Source: the human T2T-CHM13v2.0 reference genome, Homo sapiens. Taken from it: DNA of 64,000 nt. The stretch lies in the NCBI RefSeq assembly GCF_009914755.1, contig NC_060927.1. The stretch is one strand, 5' to 3'. The position numbers and the translations under genes are program-made. The notes beneath the pieces are model-generated. The model was not told where the DNA came from and made no database searches. It saw only the letters and a program-made list of their open reading frames with translations. This document shows positions 42,985 to 55,954 of this stretch, in pieces (position 1 is the first letter of the stretch; every line of letters begins with the position of its first letter).

Positions 42985-43195
42985 AGCAACTATTATTTAT
43001 GAAATGTTTGTTGTTTTCCAGCATTGTGCTTTGTGTGCCTTATCTTATTTAACCCTCACTACAACCCTATAGGTAGGTACTGTTTTTAAACCTCACTTTA
43101 ACAGATGAGCAGATGGAATCTGGGGATTAGATATCTTGACCAAGATTACAGTTATTAAGAGACAAAGTCTGGATTCTGTGCTTCAAATCCCTGGA
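42985..43195 (-). mobile_element. MIR
   Basis: ttatttaaccctcactacaaccctataggtaggtactg...acagatgag...cttgaccaagattacag. Confidence 0.8.
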
Positions 43196-44639
43196 TACTT
43201 TTGTCTCCTAGAAGTGAGAACTGTGAGCTCCTTAGTGTTCCACCAGGAAGACAAAGAGACTGGGTAAGGATAGAAATGGGTTCAAGTTCTATATATTATT
43301 GGGGGAGATGAGGGCAGAAGAACTGACAAAAAAATTCTTGGGTTGGTTATAACTTACTCCCTCCAGATGCTGAGTCCCCTGTTAGATAAATTCTTCAAAG
43401 CAAAAATGTATTTTTTTCATAGAAGCTTAGGGTTACTTAATTATATCACATACATAGAAAACATAGCTCCATATTCTAAGCGTATACAGAGAAAAGGCTT
43501 ATAGATATGAATGTGGGTGGTGGCCAACTTATCTAAGCCTTGAGTCACCATCTTTTTACCTGTATCTGTATCCTTTAAAGATTGCTGGTGAGAGACAGTA
43601 GTCCATTTCTATAATAAAAGAATATTATTTTGCAAGTATAGAGCAAGATTATGCCAAATGGTAGTACTTACAGTCCAAGGCACTTACATTGTCATCAACC
43701 TATGAAAAGCAACCCAAAATCTATAGACAACTGGGTGATTTATAGTAAAGGTCTTTTAATTATTACCATGTGGTGGTAAAAAGAGCAAAAATAGGATAAA
43801 ACAGCTATCTTCATATGTGATTTGAATAGTTAAATGAGAAACAGAAAACACTGGGATATTTTCATCTCTGTAAATTTGTTACTAAGTGGCCTTTATATGC
43901 TTTTTGAAACCCTAATCTTTTCCCCATCTGGATCATAATATAATACATATAATATTCCACTAAATAAACACAAAGATGTTTATAGTACTATTTGCATCAC
44001 CTCTTTTGGCAGGTTAGGACAATATTATATAAAAATACCACCTCAAGGGAAGATTAAATTTTGACAGAGGTGTCAATAACTCACATTTGGTCTTTGGCGT
44101 CCCTAATTATCATCCTTGCTTTCTCTGCTCTTCCCTTCCTGTCGTTCCTACCTTTCTCCAGGTATACAGAGCTCCTGCCTCTCCAGATTTCTCCTACCAT
44201 GAAGATAAATGATCTGGTTAATAAATTAATGCATGTCTCTACAGATTTCTGTTTTAAGATTAGTCTACAGCATGACTGCAGAGCTAAAACAAGGCAATAG
44301 ATATATGGAATCTCAAACACAAATAAAGGAAATTTAGAGGAAGGAAAATCTTACTGGTTTCCTTTAAATTACACCACCTACATGACACCATTTGCCCCAC
44401 CTCTGAATGTTAAGGCTGATTCATAGAATTATCAGCTATAAAAAGATATTTAAAGTTTGTAAGTTCAGGAATAAACAGAATAATAGAGTCCAGTGGTTCT
44501 GAGAAGGCCTCTCTGCTATCCCAATAGCTCTTATACACAGAGAATTGCTAACTAAAATCCCAAAATTAGAAAGTGTCATTTTGTTGTCATCTTTTGAAAA
44601 TGTACATACTCCCAAGCTAGACAACATTCTTAGCTTAAT

Positions 44640-44830
44640 AATGCATCCAGCCAATATTTTCTAAGATACTTCTATGCGCCTGGCTGTGTGCTAGGTACTA
44701 AGCATACAAAGATATTTATGTAACGAGCTCAGTAATTAGGTGGAAACCCAGACATGTAAACAAATAACTAAAAGGCAATATAATAAGTTCTATAACAGAA
44801 GAACCGACACAGAGATGAGAGTAACTGAGT
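44640..44830 (-). mobile_element. L2 fragment
   Basis: aatattttctaagatacttctatgcgcctggctgtgtgctaggtact. Confidence 0.55.
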
Positions 44831-45279
44831 CACCTGGAAAAAAACTCTTAAAAGACTTCCTATAAAACACAACCTTTTAACTGGTTCCAAAATGAGTGCA
44901 GTTTTTGATCAAAGAAGTCAGCAAGCATGAAGCTGCAGAGACTTGAAAGGACTCTACAAGAAAGGAAAGAATCAGATGTGTGCATAAAATAATCTGTTTG
45001 TTTACACCTTTTTGGGGTCCTAGAGAATAAAGTAACTCTTTCTAAACTCAAAGAACATTCATACATCTCCTCTTGATTATAGCTAAAGACATAAATATGC
45101 ACTAATAAACCAATGTGCTAAAAATATGCACTCTTTTTACTAAGAAAACATGTACCAACAGAGATACGGGTAAATGTAGAAACTACTATATATGTCAGTA
45201 GGCATCAAGATAGAAAACAAAATTTTTAAATTGTGGTTTTATTATTTTTTACCTATGTGAACTCAGCTGTCTATTGTCT

Positions 45280-45430
45280 ATTTACTTAACATTATTAAGT
45301 GCCTACCAATTGCCACGTGCTTTTCAAGACACTGGGGATTTATTAGAGAAGAAGCCAAAGTAACCGAACTTCACAGAGCTTACGTTCCTAAAGAAGAAGA
45401 TGGAAAATAAACAAGAAACAAATATGTAAT
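45280..45430 (-). mobile_element. L2 fragment
   Basis: aacattattaagtgcctacc...gacactgggg...cacagagcttacgttc. Confidence 0.6.
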
Positions 45431-45799
45431 ATATTCCAGGTGTGGCTAAGTTGAAGCATCTTGCAAGCAACTCAAGGAAAAGAAAACCCACGTGAAATAC
45501 AGGGAAAATAGAAAAAGTTTAGATTTGAGGCATTAGAGACTGGCTGAAGCTGCTAGAACTTAAGGTGCCAAGATCACAGAGACTCTGAAACCACCGAGAG
45601 GTGGGCAGATATCGTGTTGGCCATTTTTTCTTGCGGGGCAATTCTTGGAATGCTGAAAACTAAGTCAGGGAGTTTCCATACCCTTACGTGTCTATAGGAG
45701 TCACCTGGTCCTCTGAATGTCAGGGTCTGGGGAACAGGCACGAGGAAATTATGCTGATACTCTGGCTACTGCTATTACTGTCCTTTGTTCTTTGTCAGT

Positions 45800-46500
45800 T
45801 ACCCAGGCATCTCATGACTTCTGTTAAGCAGCAGAGAAGCCAACAGAGGCGTCTCCTGTCTCTCCTTCAAGGGCAGAGGGTGTTTTGTATCTCTTTCACC
45901 TTGCTGCAAAGGATGTTCACCTCTGGTCTGAGGGTGATAGTGTTTGTTGCCCTTTCCACAGAAGCTTGTCTTTTACTCTGTAGAGAAGTAGGGGAGAAGG
46001 TTCTTGGTAAGGCTTTCTGCCTTTTCCTTTTCCTCTTCCACAACATCTTTTGTTCCCCACTCCTGTGCCTGCATCAAGATGAAGGCTTTCTCAGGACTCC
46101 CACCATGCTCTTAATCTCTCTTGTAAGTACCTGGTGAGCTCTGTGGTGATCATGCACATACCTGCAATTTCCCCTTCTGACTGCAGCTCCCAGGGATTCT
46201 ATGCACTCATGCTAAAACAAAGTCAGTTTTTAGCAATTTGTCAAAAATTGTAGTTGCATTCTTCTGAACACATTTTATGGGGTCCAGCATCTGCTGCAAA
46301 AAAGCAAATGCTCATAGTCTGTGTCTCCTTTCAGGTGAATATCTTCCTTTAGATTTTGGGTTAGTTGGCTGCCCCAAAACCTCAGCTCTCTGATGAATCC
46401 AAGAACAACTATGAATTTACAGATGATCTATTTTCTATATTATAAGGGTACAAAGGATGCCCTGACCAGCCTTTTACATCCTAAGCAAAAGCCAGAAGAT
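45800..46500 (-). mobile_element. Old L1M 5' UTR fragment
   Basis: cctcagctctctgatgaatccaagaa...cttttacatcctaagcaaaagccagaag resembles a reversed L1MD/ME 5' terminus. Confidence 0.5.
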
Positions 46501-46604
46501 AACTCTCCTTTTTTTAACCACTAGTACAGTTCATCCGTATGTTGGGAAAGAAATAGTCACTTATTCCCACACCTTTTATAAAAGCTTATGCTTTTCTTGA
46601 ATTT

Positions 46605-46786
46605 TACATATTTAAATGTTTTCACCAAAAAAAGACAAGTATGTGAAGTGATAGATATGCTAATTATCTATGATTAATGAGTTAATCATTTCATGTTGCA
46701 TACATATATCATAACATCACTGTTTACCACTAAAATATGTATAATTATAATTTTTCAATTTACAACAAAATTTTAAAATAAAAAAT
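46605..46786 (+). mobile_element. L1MA 3' terminus
   Basis: aagtatgtgaagtgatagatatgctaatta...catatatcataacatcac...aaaataaaaaa. Confidence 0.8.
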
Positions 46787-48661
46787 ATCTAATAATAACA
46801 AAATTCTTTGTGAGAAATAACCTAATACTTATCAAAATGTTGAGCAAATGCTTGTGGATTTACTCTGTCTAAATACTTCGGTCCATAACTAAGCACATAT
46901 AGCTTTTTTATGTCATATACAAACAGATGGTACAGAAATGTCAGTCCTCTTATCATAAACTAGTAGAGTGACAGGCAAATTAATGAAACACATGTCCTTT
47001 TTTCTGATATTTAACGTACCAACATATGATAAAAGACTTTACGCTTTATAAAATCTTGTTTTCAATGGCAAATATATAACTGAAAGAAGATTGTCTATCA
47101 ACAAATTTCACCAAATTGACTAAAGGTACTAATTCAATTAGCAAGTAGTTTTAAGTTAATAGCAGTTTATGTCCTAAATAGTAAATAAGTGACTCATATT
47201 TGGCCTAAGAAGTAGCTCATGGGATTTAAGATACAAAGATTAAGTGTGTTTCATTTGAACAAATGAGCTTGGAGAAAAGTACTTCTTGAAGAATATCTTG
47301 GAAAATAGACGACTTGGGGGGAAGGTTGATAAACATAGGTCAGTTTTCTACCAGATAAAGAGGCTTGTTTATAATTAATCTGATGGTGCTAAAAAGGCTT
47401 TTAATTAGATTTCTAACACAAAATGGGAAAGGATAGGTTTGGGGTCTGAAACACAAGAGTTCAGCCATCTGCTGCCAACTAGCCCTTGCCAACATGTGAT
47501 TTGCAAGTTAAATTATGCCAGCTGATGACATATGGTGCTCCTTCTTTAAATATCTTACTCAAAATGAGTTTGCTGCTCTACCACTCGGCTAAATACTAAA
47601 TGCTCTCAAATGCTGAGTTTGGCTTTCAGAAGAAACAATGGTTTCCATAGTTTTCCTTAGCAAACAAATCTAAGTAAAGGAACACAGATCTAAGTTATTG
47701 GCTATGTGTTATTGTCCTGCGGCATGATTGTGAGTTATAGAAATTCGGCCTCTGAAATGTTCACATTCAGAATTTACAAACTTAAAATTCTCCTCAGTTT
47801 TAGGTTAACGAAGTAAAGAAGACAAAAGTCACCTCCCTAGGTTTTGATCTGTATTTGAGGAAAGAAGAAAGATAATCTAAAAAAGTTAAAAAAAAAAAAA
47901 AAACTATTTGAATCCATTGCTTCATCTCTAGAATGATGTGTCTGTCAGTTGGCAGAAGAGTTCAGACTGACTGACAGTGCAGTAGGTGTCAAAAATTTAA
48001 ACCATCAACACACTGCAAAACAACGTATTTTTATTCCCAGTGGTCTAAAGCTGCAAAATTCTGTCTCTCAAGGTTTTGGGCTTTGCAATAGTTACAATAA
48101 TTTGTAACTATTTGTCTCCAGAATTATTGATCCCATCTGGCTTGAATTAATGCCACATTTTTCCAGACCCTTTGATCTCTCAACCTCTACAAAATTCTCC
48201 ATAGCAGTTTTAATAGGAACTAACTAAACACATCTATGTAAGCCAATAACTACACTTATGCTAAGACTATATAAGTACACACAAACACACACACATACAT
48301 ATTCCACTAATCACACCATAAATTTCTCTACCTGCGATACATCCCTATTGTCACTTGAAGGTACGGATTTGAGGCTATTTGATTGAAAATTATGGTGCCT
48401 GTCGATCATAGTTTTTGTCTCAGCTGTTTGTACTCCCTATCCAGTCCTAATTTTGTGATCATGACTAAATCTTATAGGTATCAATGGCAGTTCTCTTTCG
48501 GTAAGACTTAGCCTCCTAACAAACTTGCAGCATTTTCTCCAGTTGTCACTATGGACTACATCGCTACAAAATTAAATTTAACTCCTTTTCTTTACTATAT
48601 TCATCTGCCATAAAGCAAAGACTTTATGGATTTCCCAAACAAGGCAACATATCTTAAATAT

Positions 48662-50536
48662 TGATGGCAGTGGCAGCCCATCTGGAGTGACGGCTGCAAA
48701 GCTGCCAGCTACAGTGAGGGAAGTCCAGCTGGGGTTGCGTGCTCCGAGGAGACGGTGGGACAGGAACAGGCAGGAGCTACACCTCCTGCCGAGTCAGCAG
48801 GGCAGGGCAGGAGTCCGTGCTCCCAGGCACAGCTGAAGCCTCCTGGGTGCAGCTCCAGAACTGGGCATCCCTGTGCTCTCGGGGGCCCAGGAAACCCCCC
48901 TTCCCCAACAGGATCAGAAGTGCCCGCTCCTACTCCCTGGCCTCTCCCCACTCCTGGAACCCACTCTGGTGAAGAGCAAAGTTTTAGCCAAGCCCAGGCG
49001 CTGTAGCGACCGCCAGTGTGTGTACCTCAGGCAGCACTGACACGGTCAGCCTCCTGCCGCTTCAGACCCCCGCCCCCAGACTTTGGACACTGTGTTAGTC
49101 TGTTTTCATACGGCCGATAAAGACATACCTGAGACTGGGTAAATTATAAAGAAGAGGTTTAATGGACTTAAAGTTCCATGTGGCTGAGGAGGCCCCACAA
49201 TCATGGCGGAAGGCGAAAGTCACATTTTACGTGGCAGCAGGCAAGAGAGAGAATATGAGAACCAAGCGAAACGGTTTTCCTCTTATAAAACCATAAGATC
49301 TCGTGAGACTTATTCACTACCACGAGAACAGTATGGGGGAAGCCACCCCATGATTCGACTATCTCTCCGTGGGACCTTCCCACAACACTTAAGAATTATA
49401 GGATCTACAATTCAAGATGAGATTTGGGCGGTGACACAGCCAAACCATATCAGACACTGACAAGCATGGGAGGGAGGCCAGGGCAGTGACTGAGAGTGGC
49501 TCGACCCAGGCCTGCAGGCACACCTTGGCACAAACATCTTGTGCACTATGGACGGCATGTTGATGACATTGGGAGGCAGACGGGTTCCTGGGTGGAAAGG
49601 AGCAGGTCACCAGTGAAGCCCCACTTTCAAGCCAGGGATGGCCTGGAACCTGGGGGCTGGGCTGTTAGTTCCAGGTCGAGTCCGTGGCCTGGAGTGAGAA
49701 CTTATGGGTGCTTTTTCCAGGCCCACCCATGGCTACCCATAAACCAATTAGCACACACTTCCTCCCTTCTGAGCCTATAAAAAACCCAGAATCAGCCAGA
49801 TTTCACACAGATGCTGGGACTACCAGCTGTGGGAAGGAGCTACCCACTCTTGAGTCTCCAGAGAGCTGTTCTGTGGCTTAATAAAGCTCCTCTCCACCTT
49901 GCTCATCTTTCAGTTGTCTGCATACGTCATTCTTCCTGGATGTGGGACAAGAACTCAGGACCCATCGAATGGTACGACTGAAAGAGCTATAAAAAAACAA
50001 ACAGGGCTGGAACATGTCCCCACTGCTCACCAGTCGTGGGCAATGAGAAGGAGAAGAGAGCTGCGGCCTTTTGGGGAGCCCAGACATGGGAGCCCCCCAA
50101 GCCAGGGCTGCGACACCCTCTTTGAGACTCCGGTCTCTGGCATTTTCAAGCTCCCAGGAGCCACTGTGTTCCCTCTGTCCAAATGCAGGTGCCTGCAGTG
50201 GAAGCTGTTTGTGGTGCATCTGATCCAGCCACAGGCTTGCACAGGAGTCAGTGCTCGAGCCGGCGTCTGGAGCTGCCTGCCCTGCTTCAGCAGCCGGCAT
50301 GCCTGGCTGTGCACAGTGGCCAGACCCCACACTCACTCACTCATGCACCCTGTGCCACTCCATCCCCGACTCACCCTTGGCAGGCATGGGATCCAGGCTG
50401 GTAGCCTGAGGCAAGCGCAGCCTGCCAGGCCGAGTGGGTGAAATAAGCTCTGGGCCTCGAGCAAAACTCGAGCAAAGGTTCCACCAGCCACAGAAATTTC
50501 TAGCTGGAAAAGTGACACCCGATGGCTCCCATGACA
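48662..50536 (+). mobile_element. MER52-family ERV1 solo LTR, interrupted by THE1
   Basis: tgatggcagtggcagcccatctggag...agtgacacccgatggctcccatgaca; 4-bp TSD ATAT at 48658-48661 and 50537-50540; ccaat near 49744, tataaaa at 49776 and aataaa at 49880. Confidence 0.88.
49091..49452 (-). mobile_element. THE1B-like solo LTR nested in MER52
   Basis: tgtgttagtctgttttca...gataaagacatacctgagactggg...acacagccaaaccatatca; TSD GACAC at 49086-49090 and 49453-49457. Confidence 0.94.
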
Positions 50537-50724
50537 ATATTTCATTACTTTGTATCTCTGTGATACAGAGGATTTAAAAATAATGTAATCAACAAATAAG
50601 TGAAAATGTAGGTTGATGAACCAACACAAAAAAAATAAAATGCTGGTAGAGCATGAAATGATTGTTTTGGTTTTCCTTGGGAAGCCAAAGGCAATTGGAA
50701 TTTCAGGGAAACTGACTAACATGA

Positions 50725-51081
50725 TGTATTAGTCTGTTCTCACATTGCTATGAAGAAATACCCAAGACTGGGTAATTTATAAAGATAAGAGGTTTAATTG
50801 ACTCTTAGTTCCATATGGCTTGGAAGGCCTGAAGAAACTTATAATCATGGTGGAAGGCACCTCTTCACAGTGCAACAGGACAGAGAATGACAGCCAAGTG
50901 AAGGGGGAAGCCCCTTATAAAACCATAAGATCTTCTGAGAACTCACTCACTATCACAAGAAAGGTATGGGAAAAACCGACCCCATGATTCAATTATCTCC
51001 ACCTGGTCCCGCCCTTGACACATGGGGATTATTACAATCCAAAGTGAGATTTGGGTAGGGACACAAAGCCAAACCACGTCA
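50725..51081 (-). mobile_element. THE1D-like solo LTR
   Basis: tgtattagtctgttctcacattgctatgaagaaatacc...ccaaaccacgtca; TSD CATGA at 50720-50724 and 51082-51086. Confidence 0.93.
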
Positions 51082-52027
51082 CATGAGCACTGACCAATGA
51101 GAACATAGCTGGTTTAGAATAGTGTCTTGGACTGGGAGGCCCCTGCCTGTGTCAGGAATTAAAACTTTAATTGCTGGACTGTGACAAGAGACAGAAGTGA
51201 GGCAATAAGCGATAGGAGATAATTTGACTTAGGAAAGATGTTGTATAAAACTAGTTCATAATCATTTTTATGTTTTAACAACCAATATGTTATATTTTTA
51301 TACAATGGCTGAATATTAGTCCCAGTCTATAGATTTGCTTCCAATGTTCCCAATAGTGAATTTTTGTAACACACAAGGTTTCAGAAAATAAATCTTCATA
51401 GTTCTAAAGGATACACTAAATCCTGATGAAGTTAAATCTATCACATCTCTTTGTACCACCAGTATCAATAAAACACAGAAAAATCTACCTGTTCTAGAAT
51501 TGAATATGAGATGTGTGTGTCTGCATGTGCTGGAAACGGTGGGTAAAATGTGTGCATTTCAGCGTTCTAAGCCCTTAAATGTATGATTCAAATGTCTCAG
51601 CTTTATTAGACTTTAAATACGAATATTGTCACATTAATTGTAAAGTCTTATTTCCTGTATTTAACTACCACCTTTACTTGCAGGCTTCTACCCCACCCTA
51701 CCCATGGTATTTCTGATAATTCTTGGAGCGTGCTTGTGATGTGCTTATGAAGCAGAACAGCAGTTCACAGGAGCCACATGACTTGCTCTATGTGCTTAAT
51801 GTCTAACTTTCCTACCCTTTTTATGACGCTCTACACAAGAGGTTTCTAGACTGTGCCTCACATGCTGATACTGCTGATGTTTTCAGGACACTGAAATAAA
51901 CTGCATGGTTTCTTTTATAAACTTTATAAACTGTATGGTTTCTGCTGCTTCCTGACCTGGACTTCAGGTACCAAATTCTCTCTGTACTGAAGAGCGAAAT
52001 TCTAATTATTAACCCTGTGTGGTACAC

Positions 52028-52828
52028 TGTCACTAACATGGAGCAGGGATCCCTCTTAGGGGCCTGCTACCTAAGATAGCTCCCCACTCCCCATGCATGA
52101 AAATAAAGAAAAATTTTGAGTTCCTTCAAGGAAATTTCCAGGTACCTAGCTAGCTTTGGTAAGTAAATGAGCAACCTGATAATAAGCAAAAAGGTGATAA
52201 TAACTTAGAACAACAGCCAAGGAAATTTGAGCCTCAAGATGTTTGATTCCCTTGGTAGCTAAAGGTAATATCTTAACATATATTCCTGAGTTGTTTTTCA
52301 TAAACCTGGACCCCCACTGGGTAGAAAATGCCATCCACTGGCACACAGATCTCAGATAAAGGGGCACTGAGGGCTGAAATCTGACTGCTGTTCTTTGTTC
52401 TAAATTTCTTCCTGAGGGTCCTGGAGTCATGCCCACAGGCCAAACTTCAACATTCCTTTCTGCTAACCCCAAGACTTTAGACAAAGATTTGCTCTCTTAA
52501 CCAATCACAAATCAAAGAATCTTTGAATCCACCTATAACCTGAAAGGCCCTGCTTCAAGATATCCCACCATTTTGGGCCAAAGCATTGTATAACTTCCAT
52601 GTATTAATTTATCATTTTGTCTGTAACTTCTTTTTTGAAATTCAACCCTGCCTTTAAAATCCCTTGCTTGTAAACCATCAGGGAAGTCAGGTCTTAAGCA
52701 TTAGCTGTCCAATTCTCTTTGCTTGGCACCCTGCAAATAAACACCATGCTTTCTCTTGCTGCAAACCTCAGTGTGGATGTTTGGTTTTACTGTGCCGGAT
52801 AAGCAGACCCAGGCTTGGTTTGGTAAAA
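52028..52828 (+). mobile_element. ERV1 solo LTR, MER49-like (MER4 group)
   Basis: ggagcagggatccctcttaggggcctgc...gagttccttcaagg..aatttccaggtacctagctagc; AATAAA near 52736. Confidence 0.7.
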
Positions 52829-52959
52829 CCAACCAGGCCACAAGGTGTCACTGCTTTTGCCCTTTCTCACACAGTCCTTTCACTTCTTCCTTAGCCACTA
52901 TTTAGTAATGGTTTCCTCTGAACTCAAAACTATTCCAGAAGGGCAGTGAATTGAATGAT

Positions 52960-53555
52960 CCACAATAAAATGTGACTCAGACTACACTATGAGTGTCCAT
53001 CCTCTTGCACACAATGATTTACCTAAGCAAGGTCAATCAGAAGTTGACAAGGCTTCTGAAGTTGACAAGGCTACTGAAGGAGGGCTAGTTTTTCTCCTTC
53101 TGTGAGATCATAATTTTTTTAAAAACTGGCTAAGTCTGGACACTCCAGGAGCCATCTAGATGCCACACAGAGACAGTCTGTCTTGAGAATAAAGCCAAGA
53201 AGAGGCAAGCACAGCATAATTTAGAATGGCGCTCACTAACAGAGTTGCCACCACGCAGTGTTTTACATTTGAACTGATTCAGAATAAATGGAAATACTTT
53301 ATTTTCTCAGTTGGCCATTAGCCGCACTTCAAGTACTCAATAGTCACATGTGACAGTTGAATTAGACAGTTGAGATATAGAACATTTCTATCATCACAGA
53401 GTGTTTTATTGAACAGCATGATCTAAAGGAAGAAACTGAGTTCTAATTTCATCCTTTAAACCCCTGTATCCAGCATTGCCTAAAGCTGCATCCACTTTAA
53501 ATTTCATTTTGATTTAAGCTAAAATAATGAAAGCATGTTTAACTTTTACTTGTGA
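52960..53555. mobile_element. MLT1-type LTR fragments flanking a DNA-transposon piece
   Basis: ggagccatctagatgccacacagagacagtctgtcttgagaataaagcca...; tccagcattgcctaaagc. Confidence 0.45.
53235..53420. mobile_element. MER33/MER3-like hAT fragment
   Basis: cacttcaagtactcaatagtcacatgtg...gatatagaacatttctatcatcacagagtgttttattgaacagca. Confidence 0.7.
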
Positions 53556-53794
53556 CCTTTAAAAATTTACAACATAAACTAGCCCTCGGTCCTTTTCCTC
53601 AGAACCAGATGCAGAAAACAGACAACCTTTTCATGTTTTTCCAGGTTTTTTTTTTTTTTCCATGAACTATCCTGAGAAGACTCAACCTCACCGTCTCCTT
53701 CAGAAAATACACACACACACATAAGCACACATTTACCATGAAAAGAAATTTGAGGCAGGGGTTTGGTAGGTGTTATCACAAAGCCAGTCTCTAG

Positions 53795-54350
53795 TGTCAA
53801 AGATAACCAAATCGGACACTAGTTTAAAGTAGTGAAAACAGATTTTATTCAGTAATTGTTAACAGTAGGAGAAAGAGCGGAGCTGCATTCTGATTTGCAC
53901 AGAGGTGACTGGGCAATTTAAAGCAGGGAGTCAAGTGAAAAATTACAGTCAGTCAGTATAAATGCCATTAGGCCAGCTGTGTCTGCTGGCTGGCAACTAC
54001 TGAAGTTAGGATTCTGTTCTCTTACAGAGCTTGGAAAACACAGACTATCCTTCCTGATGACTGCATTTCAAAGGAATGGCTTTCAGGCCCTTGAGAAAGA
54101 CACTCTTGAATTGTATGAAATACAAATACATCTCAAAGAAACACAGAAAGGATTTCCAATTTTTTTGTTTGTTTGATAAACATTCTAAGAAAGGGAGACC
54201 TATCATCAGATATTGAGTAGAACAAAGGGAAAATTCTTTTGACAGCCCAGAGCTTTTCAAGACAGGCACTCAAAAGAGGGCTGGATTTGTCCCAGAGACA
54301 GGCCTTAGGTAGCTATTGGCCATGTTAAAGTTTGGTCAAGTCTCTCGGTA
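53795..54350 (-). mobile_element. ERV1 solo LTR, MER31/MER67-like
   Basis: tgtcaaagataaccaaa...gattttattcag...gcatttcaaaggaatggctttcaggcccttgagaaaga...aaagtttggtcaag; related to 3558-4078. Confidence 0.7.
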
Positions 54351-54449
54351 GTGCACGGGTTTGAATGGAGTATTTGTACCCAGAGTTCTTTGCAGTTCTC
54401 ATTACCTAGATTTTTCCAGAATGCTCAGTCAAATGCAAATCATGTAATT

Positions 54450-54590
54450 TAATCTACAAGGCAACCTTCTGATGCCGAGATCATTATCCACTTTACAGAT
54501 GAGGGAACTAAAGCTCAGAGGGCTTAAACTACTTGTTCAGGTCACATACCAAAAAATTAAGAAGCATATTGGAATCCAGATTTCTGACAA
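54450..54590 (-). mobile_element. MIR
   Basis: attatccactttacagatgagggaactaaagctcagagggcttaaactacttgttcaggtcaca. Confidence 0.8.
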
Positions 54591-55874
54591 AATTGTGTTT
54601 TTCCTCCTATCGCCCATAACTTTGTCTCCCTACAGAGCTCCCTAATTTTTCATGCATGTTTCTGTAACTAGTTTTCACAGAAGTGCCCTTGCCTTTAAAT
54701 GACAAAGCCTGTAAGATTTGAATAGGAAGGAAAAAAACTCAGAAAAATGTCAGAAACTTGTGATTAACAGGCAGCAGGTGTATAAACTGAAAGTGCGAGA
54801 CTCACATCCATTGTCATCTCAGCAAATGGCTTGGTCCCAAAGTTGCTGAAGGGGGAAATCTGATTATCTTTGCTTCCCCAGAAGACTGATAAATCGAATT
54901 CAGACTGTTATTGTTCCAGATACAGCCTGAATCTTCCATAGGATTTTAATCAGCAGCAGCATTATGTAGCATATGGGAGTTATTTGGCTGAAAGGAGACT
55001 CCAACTGTCACTGGTACATCCGTTCAACATGAAAGGAAAATAATAATACAAAGTAATGGGGCTTTCTTATCTACAGAGCAGCTTCCCTCTGAGAAACTCT
55101 GTGGTTTACTGTACTACATCTTTACAACATCCTGTTACGTGGGTCAAGCAACTACTTGACTATAATCTTGGATGTTTACTGGCTGATTCCACCAACATTT
55201 TAATGTCTTTCATAGCTCTTTCTCTATCTCAACTTATAAATCCTGTTTCCTCTTACTTTTCAATCTCTTCTGTTCTCTTTATTGGTTAACTTTCACCCAT
55301 CCCTTCCCATTTAAATTGTCTCATCCTTCATTCATCTTTCTCAGTACTATGTGTTTTCCTTTCCTATCTTTATTTTATAGAAGCCTAGATAGGGAAATTA
55401 GAATTCATACGACAATAGAGTCTTTAGTTCAGTTACATCATCCTGTTTTTCTACAGTATCGGGCAAATGTAGCCTTCACTTTACTTATTTACTCCCTTAG
55501 TCACCAAAACTCTATGGAATGTGTTTGTTTCAAGATTCGAAAGGGAGTAACACATGGTCTTTTCCTTCAAACATGGAAGACAAACCAACAGCTAATGACA
55601 ATAGAATGTGATAAGTGTCATCTTCTTACTGAGCCCATTAAAGTACAGAGAAAACACACTAAGTGTGTGGTGCCTATGGTGGCTGATCCCTAGAGCCAGA
55701 TTCCAGAGTCAGGCTCAGAAACCAGTCACCGGGTTTCTTTAAAACCCTTCCCCCATCTCTTGACCTTTGTTGACATGCCTCAACCCCCATCCCCACCCTT
55801 TTGCTCCACACACCTAGAAAGGTTGTGAAAGGAATATTATGCTTAACAGTCTTACACACACCTGAGGATGACAT

Positions 55875-55911
55875 TGACTGAGCTCATCTGTTAACTCATG
55901 AGTCAGCATTT
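55875..55911 (+). promoter_or_regulatory. Candidate tandem ARE/MARE (CNC-sMaf/AP-1) sites
   Basis: TGACTGAGC at 55875-55883 and ATGAGTCAGCATTT at 55898-55911, in unique sequence; motif match only. Confidence 0.35.
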
Positions 55912-55954
55912 CTAGTAAACTAGGAATCAATCTAAAGTACCCCCCCACCCCACC

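Noticed and set aside
45688-46137. 149-aa hydrophobic ORF resembling a membrane or secreted protein
   Set aside because: It starts at GTG and overlaps a probable reversed L1 5' UTR; T-rich composition explains the Leu/Phe bias
49878-50722. Longest ORFs in the track (180, 152 and 129 aa)
   Set aside because: They lie largely within the GC-rich MER52 LTR, overlap on both strands and show no recognisable domain; GC richness explains the lack of stops
53040-53080. Short direct repeats (gaagttgacaaggct twice; also tgaattaaacaa twice near 7045-7075 and aaactgYatggtttct twice near 51898-51943) as CRISPR-like or regulatory arrays
   Set aside because: Only two copies each, consistent with ordinary slippage duplications in eukaryotic DNA; no repeat-spacer array
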